Shown here piece after piece: positions 19,719-31,886 of a stretch of DNA of 64,000 nucleotides (position 1 is its first letter; every line of letters starts with the position of its first letter). Position numbers and translations under genes: made by a program. This DNA comes from Oopsacas minuta (lineage: Eukaryota; Animalia; Porifera). The stretch lies in assembly GCA_024704765.1 (NCBI GenBank), contig JAKMXF010000033.1, forward strand, positions 62,001 to 126,000, given 5' to 3'. The notes under the pieces are model-generated. The model was given only the letters and a program-made list of their open reading frames with translations. It was not told the DNA's origin and ran no database searches.

Positions 19719-22700
19719 TCAATTTGATATACAAAGCAGCAGTAGAGAAATTAGTCCAATCAGAATTGAGGTAGCTGTAATAGGCTCACCTCCAGAGGTG
19801 GGGTCACACTGAGGAGTATGAATAGGAGTGGAACAGCTGTAACTTGTTGTTATTTGTATTTGACTGAATAGTGCAGGACATTGTGTACCCCCAGTCAGGT
19901 TTAAGGTTGGTCCAGATTGTGCTAATAGGTCTAACGGACATTCCATTGAGTTAGTCCAGTTGTTAAGCACGAGTAGGAATGCATTTGTCCCAGAAATAGC
20001 TGATACATAATAGTCTCCATATCTGCAATTATTGATTGAAGATATTGTACCTATACAAAGCTGTTAAAATAGGGTATATCTTGCCCTCCTTTAGGGGGAG
20101 GGGGATCCCCAGGGGGCAAATAAGTAGGGCAAAACTCACCATAAATTGTACCATTATGACTATCCAATAGAGTAGAGTTAATATAAAAATTCCTAACAGT
20201 CTGTAGACAGCTATATTCATTCTGGTATGGAGCAAACAGTCCGTTATCATTAAGCAAAGTTAGATTATCCTCTGTAGCAGGTAGGAAATAGCTAGAATAC
20301 AAACAGCTACTCTGAAAATCAAAGCTATACTCTTCTACCAGTAGGCCCTTACTGTCTACTAAATCTCTAACTACCTCCGGTTGCATCCTACCTGGAGAAT
20401 AGGATTATATTTATTTGGTTGTTTGTTTATTTGTTTACACAACAAACCTAGAGAAATTCTCTCGTAAGCATTGGTGTCAGCTGGATCTGCGTCTAGAATC
20501 TCATTGGCTAGAATCAAGAAGGTCTGAGAGTCGAAAATGTATAAATAGCAGTTATTAACTTTGGAACAATTGAAAGTATTCAAAGAATTCAAATAAGAAT
20601 AGAAAGTATTAGAGAATTCAGTGTATGTGTAGTCGAATGCTGTTACTCCTGCTATACGGTCCGAGCTACATACCTATGTAAACAAAAATATAAACGACAA
20701 CAAACCGGATCCTCCAGGGGATATTTGTCACCCTGCAGAATTGCGCTAAGTTGTCCTAGTATCATAACAACATACTTGCAAATCTGGTATGCATGATCGA
20801 CTAATACATTCTTCATTAGTGCTACAATAGCAACCAGCTTCTGTACAATTGGTTATGTTGAGAGGTGAGGGAGGTCCTGTGAATATTGCTCTAGACAATG
20901 TTACTGTCTTACCTAATAACAAACAAATAAATAAGGAGATTTGATAGTTTCAGTTCCAATGAGTACGGGCTTCTACCCACTGGATAAAGGTGTAAATTGT
21001 CCACTTAATTAAACACACCTGCTCCTCCGGCATCTAAGTATACATATGAGATAGCTAGCATATTCTTCTGAGCAATAGCTCTTCTATACCAAGGTCTAAC
21101 GGTTGGATCATAATCTGTACCAATTTCAACACCCGGGAGAATCCTGAGGACACCATTTTCAAGACCGATATACCTCCATATGATACCACTAGCATTGGTT
21201 TCCTGCCACTTGCCACCTAGCAGAGAGGTGAGAAGAATCGATGAGAGTAGTCTGTCTCTGAAAAATTCAGTTTCAGTTTTACAACCCTCCAATAAATCAG
21301 TGATTGTTTTATTCAAAAAGTTAGAGAAATAATTGTATACAGTTAGCGGACCAGGGATATTATTAATTCTGAAATCACTTGGATTACAGACGGAAATCGG
21401 AGCTAATACGATTAGAGATTGATTAGTAGCAATATTGAAAGGTGTTGATGAAGTAGCACAGAAGTTAGGTGGCTCAAGACCAAATGTATCCAAAGTCTCC
21501 TGACTGTACTCTGAGAAAATGTTGTAAAAAGGTTGAGTATAATTCTCATCAATTGGAAGAGAAGAGAGGACGAATTGGTCCAAAAACGAATCCTCCAAAT
21601 TGAGCCCAAGGATAAAACTTGTCTCCTGTATTGGTGCATAGAAGTAATTAGAATTCCCAATCTTCCATTCGACACCATCTTGATGGTCACCCCTTAATGT
21701 GACACGCGGCACATTTAACACCTTAAAATCACCGGTTTTATTCCTACTTAGCAAAATAATCTCTTCTACATCAAGGATACTGGGATTATCTGAACAGAGA
21801 GAAATATTAGAATTTCTGGGACAGGACTCCAGAGAGGAGAGAGGAGGGTAGATTGGATTGGGGATGAGGCGAGCTATTGGATCAATACGTGGGTGAAATA
21901 ATGCCTACAAATAAACAAATAATAAACAAATAATATCATCCCATAGGTACACATACACATACCTCTCCAAATCTGTTTATTATAAACGCATAACTATTAT
22001 CACTTCTACCCTTAGATAACACCACCTGAACAGCTGATAGGGAATAATCAACACCTATTACACCTATAAGCCTATTTACCCCACCACACTGACTATACAC
22101 TGACTTAACGGCTGTTAGAATCAGCTGACCATCTCTTCCACCATATGGATTGAGTAGGACTATCTGGGTCGTATTCTGGTTAGTGTATGTGAAGTATTGA
22201 GATAACTGAGAGTATATTGACAGATTATTTGTTATTTTAAGACCGAAGCCTCCGTGACTACAGGATATGTTGTAAGGAAGAGTTGTTGCTATAAATAGAA
22301 TAAATTATCGTTAATTAAGAGATTACTAAATACCTCGAATAATAGCCGGGGTGATTATTCATTTTTAGCACCTTGGAAGGGGAACATAATATTAATCACA
22401 TACTACATACCATGATTTCTGTGACGTGTTATGTCCCAGTTTCCATGGTTATCTCGTGGTATTTGGCTACACACCTCAGTGAGGGAGGAGATCATTAAAG
22501 GGGGCTACTATTCTGTAATTCAACAAACCTGTTTCTGATAGAGCAAATCCTATAATCTTGATTTCATTCCTACCAAATGTTTGTGTGTAATCAGTTTCAA
22601 GTCTGTTTACGTGTTCATACACCTAACAATCATTAAGTGTAATTAAGGCGGGTAATTGCGGGCTAAAGAACTCTAGACGCGGGTTATTTCCCTGAGATAA

Positions 22701-25700
22701 CAGGAAAATTTACAAATATACGTATGCAAACACACCTGATTGAAATCATACACACAATGAGGTCCCGGAACAAACAGGACGCCTTCCTCTGTCCCAAAAT
22801 AAGTAGGAGGTCTACACAAGACAGGATCAGACTCCTCCCCATCTGTTAGGAATAGAATCAGTGGTTCACATTCTCTACTCCTATTCCATAGCAACTTGAA
22901 TGCTAATGTAAATGCGTCTCTGTGATCACTGCCTATAATTTACTTAATTAACAAATTCCAAATGAAATAATATCCTATGAAAGTATGAAAGTATGAAAAT
23001 ATGAAAATATGATAACTCTCAAATCTGATGGGTCAGATGACCAAAGCGGACAATTTCTGATCAATCAATTGCAATCTCGGGTCTTATAAACACGAGGTAA
23101 TATCACAATATTGTGTTTCCATATATTAAGCCTATCATTGCGTGTTATGTATAATTACAGAAATTATGAAACAAAAGTCTCAGACACAATCGAGATGAGT
23201 TTTGAGGAAATTATAGCTATGAATTCTATCAGTCAATCACTGACTGATATGGAAGGTCTTGATAATCTAAAAATAGGTTTTGATAACTGTGAAAAGAAAC
23301 AGACAGGTAAATGCCCAGATCGTATAGTATCAATCTATACAGATGATTGGGTCTATGTTCCCAATGAGGATATGGAATATGATCTCCCAGATAGTCCCGT
23401 TAAAAAACAAAGATCAAATTGCTCGTCTCTAGATAAGACATTATCGTATGTATTCGCTGTACAATCGAGAGATTATTTAAACCGGAGATTAGAGAATAGT
23501 CTCTTTCCAATCGGGCATGGAAAAAATGAACTGGCAAGACCGCACGGGCTAGTATACGATAAAGAGACAGAGAGAGTCTTCATTGCAGATTCTGGTAACA
23601 ATAGAATACAGATATACCCACCATTTAATACGAGTGCACTGAAAGAGCGTACGAGAACACTTTCACAGATTTTCATACCAGATCCAAAGATGGATAAGCC
23701 ATGGGGAATATGTCTATCAAAAGAGTACATATTTGTCACTCAATATTACGGACATTGTGTTGATGTATACACGTACCAGAAAAATTTTATTACAAGGTTC
23801 GGGTCAAAAGGATTCGGGAAAGGTAAATTCAGTTGTCCTACAGGCATATGCGCTATCCGCGATCGAATATATATCTGTGATTCAAACAATAATTGTGTAC
23901 AGATTTTTACAAGAGAAAACAAAGAGTATAAATTCGTCAAATCATTCGGAATTCATCACCTAACAAACCCTCTGGATATAAAGACATACAACACAGATAT
24001 ATTCGTATTAGATTCTTCAAAGAGATGTTTACATAAGTTCGATTATAACCACAAACACCTGAAGAATTTGATAACAAACGGTGCGAAGTGTGAAGTTGAT
24101 AATCCAAAGTTTTTCGATATAGACGAGGATGGTAATTTTCTGATATCTGATTGGTTAAACCACTCAGTGAAGGTGTTTAATTGCGATGGGGTAAGAACAG
24201 GTGTTATAGGCTTATCATTGTTAATGTGTCCTAAAGGAATAACAGCTGGAAAGTTTGGAGAGGTGTTTATTGTTGACGAGAAAGGAGAACAGTTGAAGTT
24301 ATTTTGAAATATTAATATCCTTTTAATGAATTAAATTCCTTCAATATTATTAGTACACGAATATAACAGTTGTACCCACCACCTGCGGTCGATGGATCCC
24401 TTGGTGATCCAGGTACGGCAGGAGGGTCCAAAGGATCTCCGAATTCGCATGGGAGTGTCCTAAGGAATGTGTTAAATGGGTCCAAGTATGAATAGGTTTG
24501 GGAACCGCTGAATAATACAAATAACAAACAAACAAACAAACAAACAAACAATAAATTTCGAATACTTTCAAATAATAATTCAATAATAATATTGCAAAAC
24601 AGGGTATTCCTTCTCATCTACACACAGGATGCCTCCTTCATGTGATAAAGCTATACCTCTCGGGCTTTTCAACAATCCCAATCCATCTCCAATCCTACCA
24701 ACAAATGCCAAAGCATCTCCATTAGGTTTAAACACAGCTATGACGCTATGTCCATTGTCACTGACTAGAATATTTCCCTCTTCATCTAGAGTGAAGAATA
24801 AAGGAGAATCGACATCTTTTCCAGGGCCAGTAGTCAGGAATTTCCTCAAAAACGAACCATCTTTAGTCCACACTTGTAGACAAGGGGACATAGAATCTAG
24901 TATGTATATTTGAGACCGTTTAGCGTAAATATCCCTAGGCCATGACAACAATCCGTTTCCTCCAATTTCCATCAAATAATGGTATTTCTTAAATTCATAG
25001 TAAAAGACTTGTATGCGACAATTCCCATTATCACAAACAAACACTGTATTACTCGAATCAACGCTTATGCCCTGTGGATAACTCAGCTCTCCTTGACCGC
25101 TACCTTCCTTCCCTATTTGTGTCAAGAACTTTCCTTCTAGGTTGTACACATTGATACAATGACTTCTATTCTGTGTAACATATACACGTAACCCTTCTAT
25201 ATCTATACCCCAAGGGCCGTCAATCTTTTTATGAAGTGAAATGCGACTGTCGCTAATCATAAAAGCAGGTTGTAAATTCTCGAAAAATACTTGAATGCGA
25301 TTATTATCATAATCACACACATAGACACGATGGTGATAAGTATCAACTGCTATACCGTAGGCATTAGAAATTTGACCGAATTTGACACCTTTTTGTGACG
25401 CATATCCTATAACTTCCATGTCCTTATAGCTAAAATAAGTCTTAGAAACAGACCTCTTAATTGTGTTAGCTTTCTGTCTAAGAGTATCAAATGAGTTATA
25501 CTTCTTTTCTAGAGTATGTTTCTTCTCTTGCACTATTGTAGCAGGGCTACCGTCATTTGTACGTCGTCTAGAAGACTGTAGAAGATTGCCTTGACAAGCT
25601 GCAGTGATTGCTACTTTCTGGTAACATAACGCGTCGTCAAGGTTTGTAGAGGAATGTTCGCTGAGTTCAAAGTTTGAGGATTTTTCTTCCCCAAGTGCTA

Positions 25701-27295
25701 CAGAAGTTCTAGAACGAGTTTTCCTATTCCTTTTACTTTCACTCTGTGGAGAATTATTGCCAGAGTCTTCAACTTTAATCGTAGCAAATCCAACAATAAT
25801 TTCCTCAATATTTGGCAAAAAGTCAACTTTCACATTTTTAGTTTTAAGCGAAGCAGTTAATCTACACATTTGTTGATCAACTGCTGATTTTATCAACCCT
25901 GTATCGCAAGTGCTTATACAGCAGGTGTTAGACCTCATCTCCTCGAGGGCTGAAATATCCTTCATGATACGATTACAGTTCTCATAATAAGCTCCTTCGA
26001 TTTGATCCAGTGCCTCAATCAACTCGAGTTCCCTACCATCGAGGATAGAATGTAGATTCTGAACGGTCTGCTTTAACTTGAGCTTTGCATTGTGAATTTG
26101 CACTGAGAATCCAGCAAAAGTATCATCGCACTTATCCATTACAATAATATCTTTTATTATTATTAGTTGTGTCTGTGATTAAATAGGATAAATCTGAGAG
26201 AAATTACTACTACGAACCTTATGTAATACAACCCGCCAGCAGGTGGTATATGAGGTAATATGTATTGGCTACAATAAGTTGTTTATGAGTGATTTTAACT
26301 CATAGTTCTAGTTAGATTACTCTATCGCTGTTATCTCTCTAGTTTTTACTCCCACATTTTGGCCGGGATGTCCCGCATTTTTGGGGGCATCTCACCCAGA
26401 AATAATTATTAATGTAATCTATAATTGTACATAAGAAGAGACCAAATTCTCCGTAAGTTAAAGTTGAGTATATTAATTGAATATTCGTACTAAAGTGTAT
26501 GTAATTCGCATATAGAAATTCTTCCTATTATGTCGAAGAGATAGTTATGAATAGTATTGCAATCTCACAAACAATAAACACTTTAATTATACTCAAATGT
26601 TGTTTACTCACAACATATTAGTGTATTACCATAACCTGAAATATATAACTGATATATATATATACATTCCATTGTTATTAATCATGCAAATGTCATATCA
26701 ATATTCATATAGAGGGTTTAGCAGGCATCTACACAGTGGGAGATGTTGCCCACTCAAATTTGAGGCTCAGACAGACAGACCGGAAGTGATATGGAAAAAT
26801 AGGCGCTATAATCCGAATGATCTACGTGTTGACACCCCTGTAGTGTCCTCTCCCCCTAAAACTGTACCCCCAGGGATTGATAAGGTCTTGGAGACCTGGG
26901 TTAAGTCTAGAGCACCGTCGGTACGTGACGTATGCAGAGGTGAAAAGGAGACCAATTCGTTCTTATCTCAACCAGCCACACGGTAAGAATAGAGACAAAC
27001 AAACAAACAAACACACAAGTTTATATTTCTTCATTTTAGTGACGAAAATTGGTCCAGTCTCCGAGAGATGACGCCTTCAAGAGGTCGCCCATTCAGACAC
27101 CGTCCCCCTTCATGGGGTGTATCAGCTGACGTACCCCCTGAAATGGTGCCAGAAAACTATGAACGTTACCCCAGGGTGCTAAGTGCAATGACTCGTCATA
27201 GAGTAGACCAGCAGTATTCCTACCACAACATGCAACACATAGGATTAAGACCTGTTAAACTAGCTCTATCAGGTGTTAGAGGTGGTCCTTTCTGA

Positions 27296-27328
<33 letters not shown>

Positions 27329-28649
27329 TACGCATGTTTATTATATATTATACGCTATATTTATTGATATACATATAAACAAACCTCCGATTGGTTGTTC
27401 CTCTTTCAGTAGACCAATTAGATGTCTTTTAATACCGCTAGTAGCTGGTATAAGACCATCTTCACTACATGTACTTAACACCCTAGCGTCTATGTAAGTA
27501 GGTGTTGAGCTGTCCTGATTAAGATACACAGAACTTGCACTACATATAATGTTAATAAAATCCTCCTGTGTTAATGTCTGTAGAATAATCTCAATGGTCG
27601 ATAGGGCTAATTGCCATCTGTCATTCTCTAGCATAGAGCTACTGCAGTCTGAAAAGTATAAATAGAAGTGAAAATGGGTACCATTGGGACCTTGGTCATG
27701 GCCAATTGGGTTAATAAAAAGGACCACTTGAGTCTTCCACAGGATTTGTGAGAAGATAGGGTGATTGATGTAATCGAATTATGCAATTTGTTGTTTAGAA
27801 ACTATACTTACCAACAACAATAACAATATCTTTAGGCCTAGAGGTAGCTACATGATACCAAGATTGTAATCTTGGGTCAAATTCCTTAGGAAAACCAATA
27901 AAATCTCTCTCCCACTCTCTGGCAGGGAATTCCCTTAGAAATCCGTGAACAGAAGCAAAGTATTGTGTAGAAATATATTGGCTAGATTTCTGTATGTTAA
28001 TAAAGGTATTTGTGAGGTTTGATGTTACAGCTATAGCATTTATTAACGATCCTCTATCGACACTTTCTGATATCTTAACAGAAGTTTTATTGGAGTTTTC
28101 TGGGAAAGTTGTCGTGTCTGAATCATAGAATAATCCAGCTTGTCTCAGACTATCTACAAACAATCAAAACCCTCAAATCTGATAGGTGGACACATTAGTC
28201 ACCTATCTCAGAGAGTTGTGGAGATATCTCGCCTAATTAATAAATACGAATTTACCTAAAGTTGTATACTGACTGTACTGATTGGATTCACACTGAGCAT
28301 TAAACAGCTGTTCAGTGGTACCAGCTAGGGTGTTAACAGCTTGTACAACCTCCTGGTATATGAGAGACAATTCTCCAGACATTTCATCTCTCAATAGAGA
28401 CCCATTAACATAAAGGTGTGAATAATTAGCAGAGTTAAAAGTGGTTTGTAATGAATCTACTCTAAGGATATCTCTAGTCACTGATTGGGTGAAACTACCC
28501 AGAGAATCTGCCCAATCATTTACATCTGTAGCTAACAGCTGAGATTCTGTGTAACTCAAAGCCTATTAGATAATAATCATATTCAGTGTGAACAAACAAA
28601 CAAATAACTCACCGAAATAAACAAAAATATACCGAAAATATATTGCCAT
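19719..28649 (-). CDS. Voltage-gated Ca-channel alpha2delta / CACHD1-family protein (VWA_N, VWA, Cache domains, C-terminal hydrophobic tail), multi-exon
   Basis: VWA_N exon (DVNDWADSLG...), FDPRLQSWYHVATSRPKDIVIVV joined to DCSSSM (MIDAS), then after a 4.45-kb intron GSDHRDAFTLAFKLL...ILFLTDGEE. Cache motif DYDPTVRPWYRRA...YLDAGGAG. Tail ILIGLISLLLLCISN. The 5' exon is uncertain. Confidence 0.85.
22417..22480 (-). repeat. Dispersed ~60-bp repeat, copy C (X-box ATAACCATGGAAAC)
   Basis: Reverse complement ACTGAGGTGTGTAGCCAAATACCACGAGATAACCATGGAAACTGGGACATAACACGTCACAGAA, close to copy A. Confidence 0.75.
23147..24307 (+). CDS. NHL-repeat beta-propeller protein, single exon, nested antisense in the alpha2delta intron
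   Basis: Repeats such as LARPHGLVYD..VFIADSGNNRIQIY, MDKPWGICL and FSCPTGIC..IYICDSNNNCVQIF. First ATG at 23147. Confidence 0.88.
   Translation: MYNYRNYETKVSDTIEMSFEEIIAMNSISQSLTDMEGLDNLKIGFDNCEKKQTGKCPDRIVSIYTDDWVYVPNEDMEYDLPDSPVKKQRSNCSSLDKTLSYVFAVQSRDYLNRRLENSLFPIGHGKNELARPHGLVYDKETERVFIADSGNNRIQIYPPFNTSALKERTRTLSQIFIPDPKMDKPWGICLSKEYIFVTQYYGHCVDVYTYQKNFITRFGSKGFGKGKFSCPTGICAIRDRIYICDSNNNCVQIFTRENKEYKFVKSFGIHHLTNPLDIKTYNTDIFVLDSSKRCLHKFDYNHKHLKNLITNGAKCEVDNPKFFDIDEDGNFLISDWLNHSVKVFNCDGVRTGVIGLSLLMCPKGITAGKFGEVFIVDEKGEQLKLF
24580..26139 (-). CDS. Coiled-coil + NHL-repeat (TRIM-NHL-like, no RING) protein, single exon, nested
   Basis: N-terminal coiled coil, Ser/Lys-rich linker and NHL repeats (VYVCDYDNNRIQVF, ELSYPQGISVD..VFVCDNGNCRIQVF). 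Confidence 0.88.
   Translation of the reverse strand: MDKCDDTFAGFSVQIHNAKLKLKQTVQNLHSILDGRELELIEALDQIEGAYYENCNRIMKDISALEEMRSNTCCISTCDTGLIKSAVDQQMCRLTASLKTKNVKVDFLPNIEEIIVGFATIKVEDSGNNSPQSESKRNRKTRSRTSVALGEEKSSNFELSEHSSTNLDDALCYQKVAITAACQGNLLQSSRRRTNDGSPATIVQEKKHTLEKKYNSFDTLRQKANTIKRSVSKTYFSYKDMEVIGYASQKGVKFGQISNAYGIAVDTYHHRVYVCDYDNNRIQVFFENLQPAFMISDSRISLHKKIDGPWGIDIEGLRVYVTQNRSHCINVYNLEGKFLTQIGKEGSGQGELSYPQGISVDSSNTVFVCDNGNCRIQVFYYEFKKYHYLMEIGGNGLLSWPRDIYAKRSQIYILDSMSPCLQVWTKDGSFLRKFLTTGPGKDVDSPLFFTLDEEGNILVSDNGHSVIAVFKPNGDALAFVGRIGDGLGLLKSPRGIALSHEGGILCVDEKEYPVLQYYY
26684..27295 (+). CDS. Uncharacterised Pro/Arg-rich protein of about 185 aa, two exons, nested antisense
   Basis: Exon 26684-26982 and exon 27040-27295 join in frame through a GT-AG phase-2 intron (...QPATR-DENWSSLREMTPSRGRPF...YPRVLSAMTRH...). 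Confidence 0.65.
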
Positions 28650-29293
28650 CTGAAATTAGAAAACAAAACAGATATAAACAAACAAATAAACAAACACCCT
28701 ATTTGTTTACATATACGATAACCAGTGTTAAAACAGCTGTTTGTATCAGAAATATCAACAATAGTATAACCTCTTGATAAACAGAAATGAGTGCTGTTAT
28801 TAAACTGTTGTTTCAAAGTATTTCCTTTCCAAATAGCAGTTGAACAAGTTGAAAATATTCTGTTACAAAAGTCTCTAAACAAAATAAGTAGATTAATTAG
28901 ACAGGGGGCAGATCTCTATGTCCCCTGGGGTCACGGAGTAACTTACTGACAAATAGCTAGCCGTCCAGGTTGATAGAAATTGGTTTGGTTTGGGCTACAA
29001 ACATAGCAAACTAACAAGTTTAACAAATCTAAACATTCAACACTTGATTCTGTAAACAAATTATAAGCTGTCTCCCCAACGACCAGTTCAGCTTCAAGGA
29101 ATGTACAACAAGCTTGTGGAGCATACCAGTAACAATTGGAACTAGAAGTAAGTAGGGGTGTCGATTGATCCAGCGGTCTGTTATTGAAATAGGGACAGTA
29201 TTGTGGTATTGATTTTGAAGTGTTAGGACATTGTGATGAGGAGAGAGAAGATTGAAGTAACAACAATATAAACACTAATAAATCTCTATACAT
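28609..29293 (-). CDS. Secreted/anchored cysteine-rich folate-receptor-family (Folate_rec-like) protein
   Basis: Signal peptide MYRDLLVFILLLLQSSLSS, then NCYWYAPQACC, CLDLLNLLVCYVCSPNQ and spliced LAICQDFCNRIFSTC. This Cys pattern is typical of folate-receptor-like domains. The 3' end is ambiguous. Confidence 0.72.
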
Positions 29294-29490
29294 TCACACC
29301 TTATTGATAAATAAACATGTAAATATTGTCAATAGCGGAGGAGATAATTAGATAACATACAAACAAACAAACAAACAATTATGAAACTCCTATTACACAA
29401 ATCTAAACATTAATATATTAACCCATGATAACATACACCGTTTCCAATCCATATATGACTAAATCTATATATTCATACAGTAACACCTTG

Positions 29491-30527
29491 TCATACAACC
29501 ATGTCCTCATCATTGGTACCTTCAAAAATACTGGGTCCCGCTGGCTCCAGCTCGGACGCCTCATAATTATGGGAGACAGTTTTGATCCCCTCAGACTCAT
29601 TCTGTAACTTCTGCTTTTCTTTTGCTATTCTCTTCTTTTCTTGAATTTTTTTGAGACGAAAGAATTCCTCTCTCTCAGTTTCATCAAGCTCGGTTGTTAT
29701 ATAACGAATCGTATTCTCTATTCTTGGCAAGATGACATGCTCAATCGCATTAACACGTCTGTTCGTTACCTTTATGGCTTCATCTAGCACTATGAATGCT
29801 GTCTGTAGTGATGCAAGCTCAACTAATAGTTTAATAGCTTTGTAGTATACTTCCTTACATCGGTGTACCTAGATACATTTGTCACCTAATTACAGCTGAT
29901 ATCTGGATAGTATTCACACAGTTTCACTCAATTATCGCGGTTGCAATGGTTACGATCTTAACACCTAATATTATGACTAATTTGACGATAAAACAAACAT
30001 TCCATCTAGCCATACCTGTTGTCCTCCTCTAGATAGTCCAGTCAGCAGGTAGCTATCTCCTCCATCATAATAGCACTCAAATAAGGGTAGCTGTACTCCA
30101 GCTACGTTATCCTTCTTAGCTCTTACCTTCACTTTAGCCTTGTCTACATTCTCTAAAACCAGAGGAGTTATATCACCAGCTGAGAACCTAGCCTCTGCTA
30201 AACTGAATGAAGCTTCTTTCATTACCTAAGTAAACATAAACATATTTGTTTATTAACAAACTCTAATCCAGAGGTTCCAAGAACCCCTTAGAGCTACTCT
30301 GACAAACACAACAGTTGTAACAGCTGCTACAATCAACTCACCTCTCCCATTAATGTTTTATTTTCAATAATCTTAGCTAATATCTGTCTAAACCTGAGAG
30401 TGAGAGCATCAGATTTCTTCTTCAAGAGAGAATAACCTTTCTGCGCACCTTTCAATCTTAATTTCATTGAAGTAAGTGCCATACGTGATGGAAACACGTT
30501 AAGCCTGTCTTTACTAGCTCCAGACAT
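29491..30527 (-). CDS. ATP6V1D: V-type proton ATPase subunit D, 3 exons
   Basis: [18 protein letters not shown]...[12 protein letters not shown]; DNVAGVQLP; [52 protein letters not shown]. Confidence 0.97.
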
Positions 30528-30881
30528 GATAATCTAATTAGCTATAGACTAGTAACATTAATAGGGACACAGGGGGGTGTATCTGAATAGACACGTTGGT
30601 AAATCGAAAGTTTCTCAATGGTCCACTCCACTACACTCTGCTATCAAAATCTGAATATTCCCTATTTGTGGATAGAATAGGAAGCCTTGTATTTAGGTAT
30701 ATATAATGGATTCCTAACTACTGAGGACATATGGTAGAGCAATATGCCAGATTAGAGAATATATTCCGCATCCATGGTTCGTATTAACAGGAGTAATCAA
30801 TGTTATGAAAAGCAACATTAATTGCAAATAAGTATAATATAATGTGTAACACGACAACAAATATTATTAACTGTTTATATG

Positions 30882-31519
30882 TTATGAAGTTATCTTATTT
30901 TCATATTCAAATTTAACACCTTGTTTCTGTAGCCTCTTCTTCTCTTGTTTTATTAGAGCTACTTTAGCATGCTAAAGATATAAATAAGCTGTAAATTGTC
31001 TATTACTGAACCATGGATAACAGGGCTATTTAATAGTGCAAGAACTGTGTCTAGTAGAATACGACGTGGATAAAGTTTTGAAATAACTTTAATATTACGC
31101 TGTATTATCATGGTACAATTCTGAAATAACAACTACTGTACTATAACAGGTCTCCGACATACTTGCTAACCTTCCCAATATCCAGGGAAATACGTAGTTA
31201 AAAACGATTGATAAGTATGGTATCAGAACAGGAGAATATACCCCTCTATCCACCTCTTTTCATTAGCTTCCAACGCTACAGACCCCCTCCCCCCCAATAG
31301 CGGACTAAAGATCCACATACCATGTCATAACACAATACATAACTGTTCATTATAACTTACAAATTTTCTATGATGTATACACTCATCATAATCCTCCCAT
31401 TGTTTCCAGCATAGCCAAGCCTGTGGGTAAGGTCCTGACTCATGAATACAGGTTATGTACTCTTTAAACAAGAAATAACACGGATGCTTACCTCCAGTTA
31501 GACCAATCAAATCACACAT
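30882..31519 (-). CDS. NDUFS5: NADH:ubiquinone oxidoreductase subunit S5 (twin CX9C), 2 exons
   Basis: GLTGGKHPCYFLFKEYITC...CWKQWEDYDECIHHRKF spliced to HAKVALIKQEKKRLQKQG...TS-stop at 30882. Confidence 0.8.
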
Positions 31520-31886
31520 TAGCTAATAGTATACCGTAATTAGATTAGTTACGTCCAGTAGACTCAGCTTAATACAGTCACATCGGTACCAAAGCAATTT
31601 TGATCCGATCAACTAGATTGACCCAATCAAACGGAATCTACTGTACATTCCTTTTGGTCGGAAAGTATCCAAGATACCCTGTACCTTAGGGTACACATTA
31701 ACCCCCTATACCCTTCCCATAATGTATAATTGGAGAGAACAAGATCGAATTGATATCATTGATTGGGATTGTTATAAATCAATACGTACTAACGTTACGA
31801 TGACGTCATACATAAAAACTGTAATAAAATAGTGTTCTTACTAGCAGGCTACATTTTGCTAATAGCACTAACATGCATACAAAATT

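Noticed and set aside
23473-24913. Short ORFs opposite or out of frame with the NHL genes
   Set aside because: Shadow ORFs fully overlapping longer, motif-bearing coding sequences.
31795-31810. TGACGTCA (CRE-like) and scattered CCAAT boxes near gene starts
   Set aside because: Single short motifs are expected by chance in 64 kb and have no independent support.
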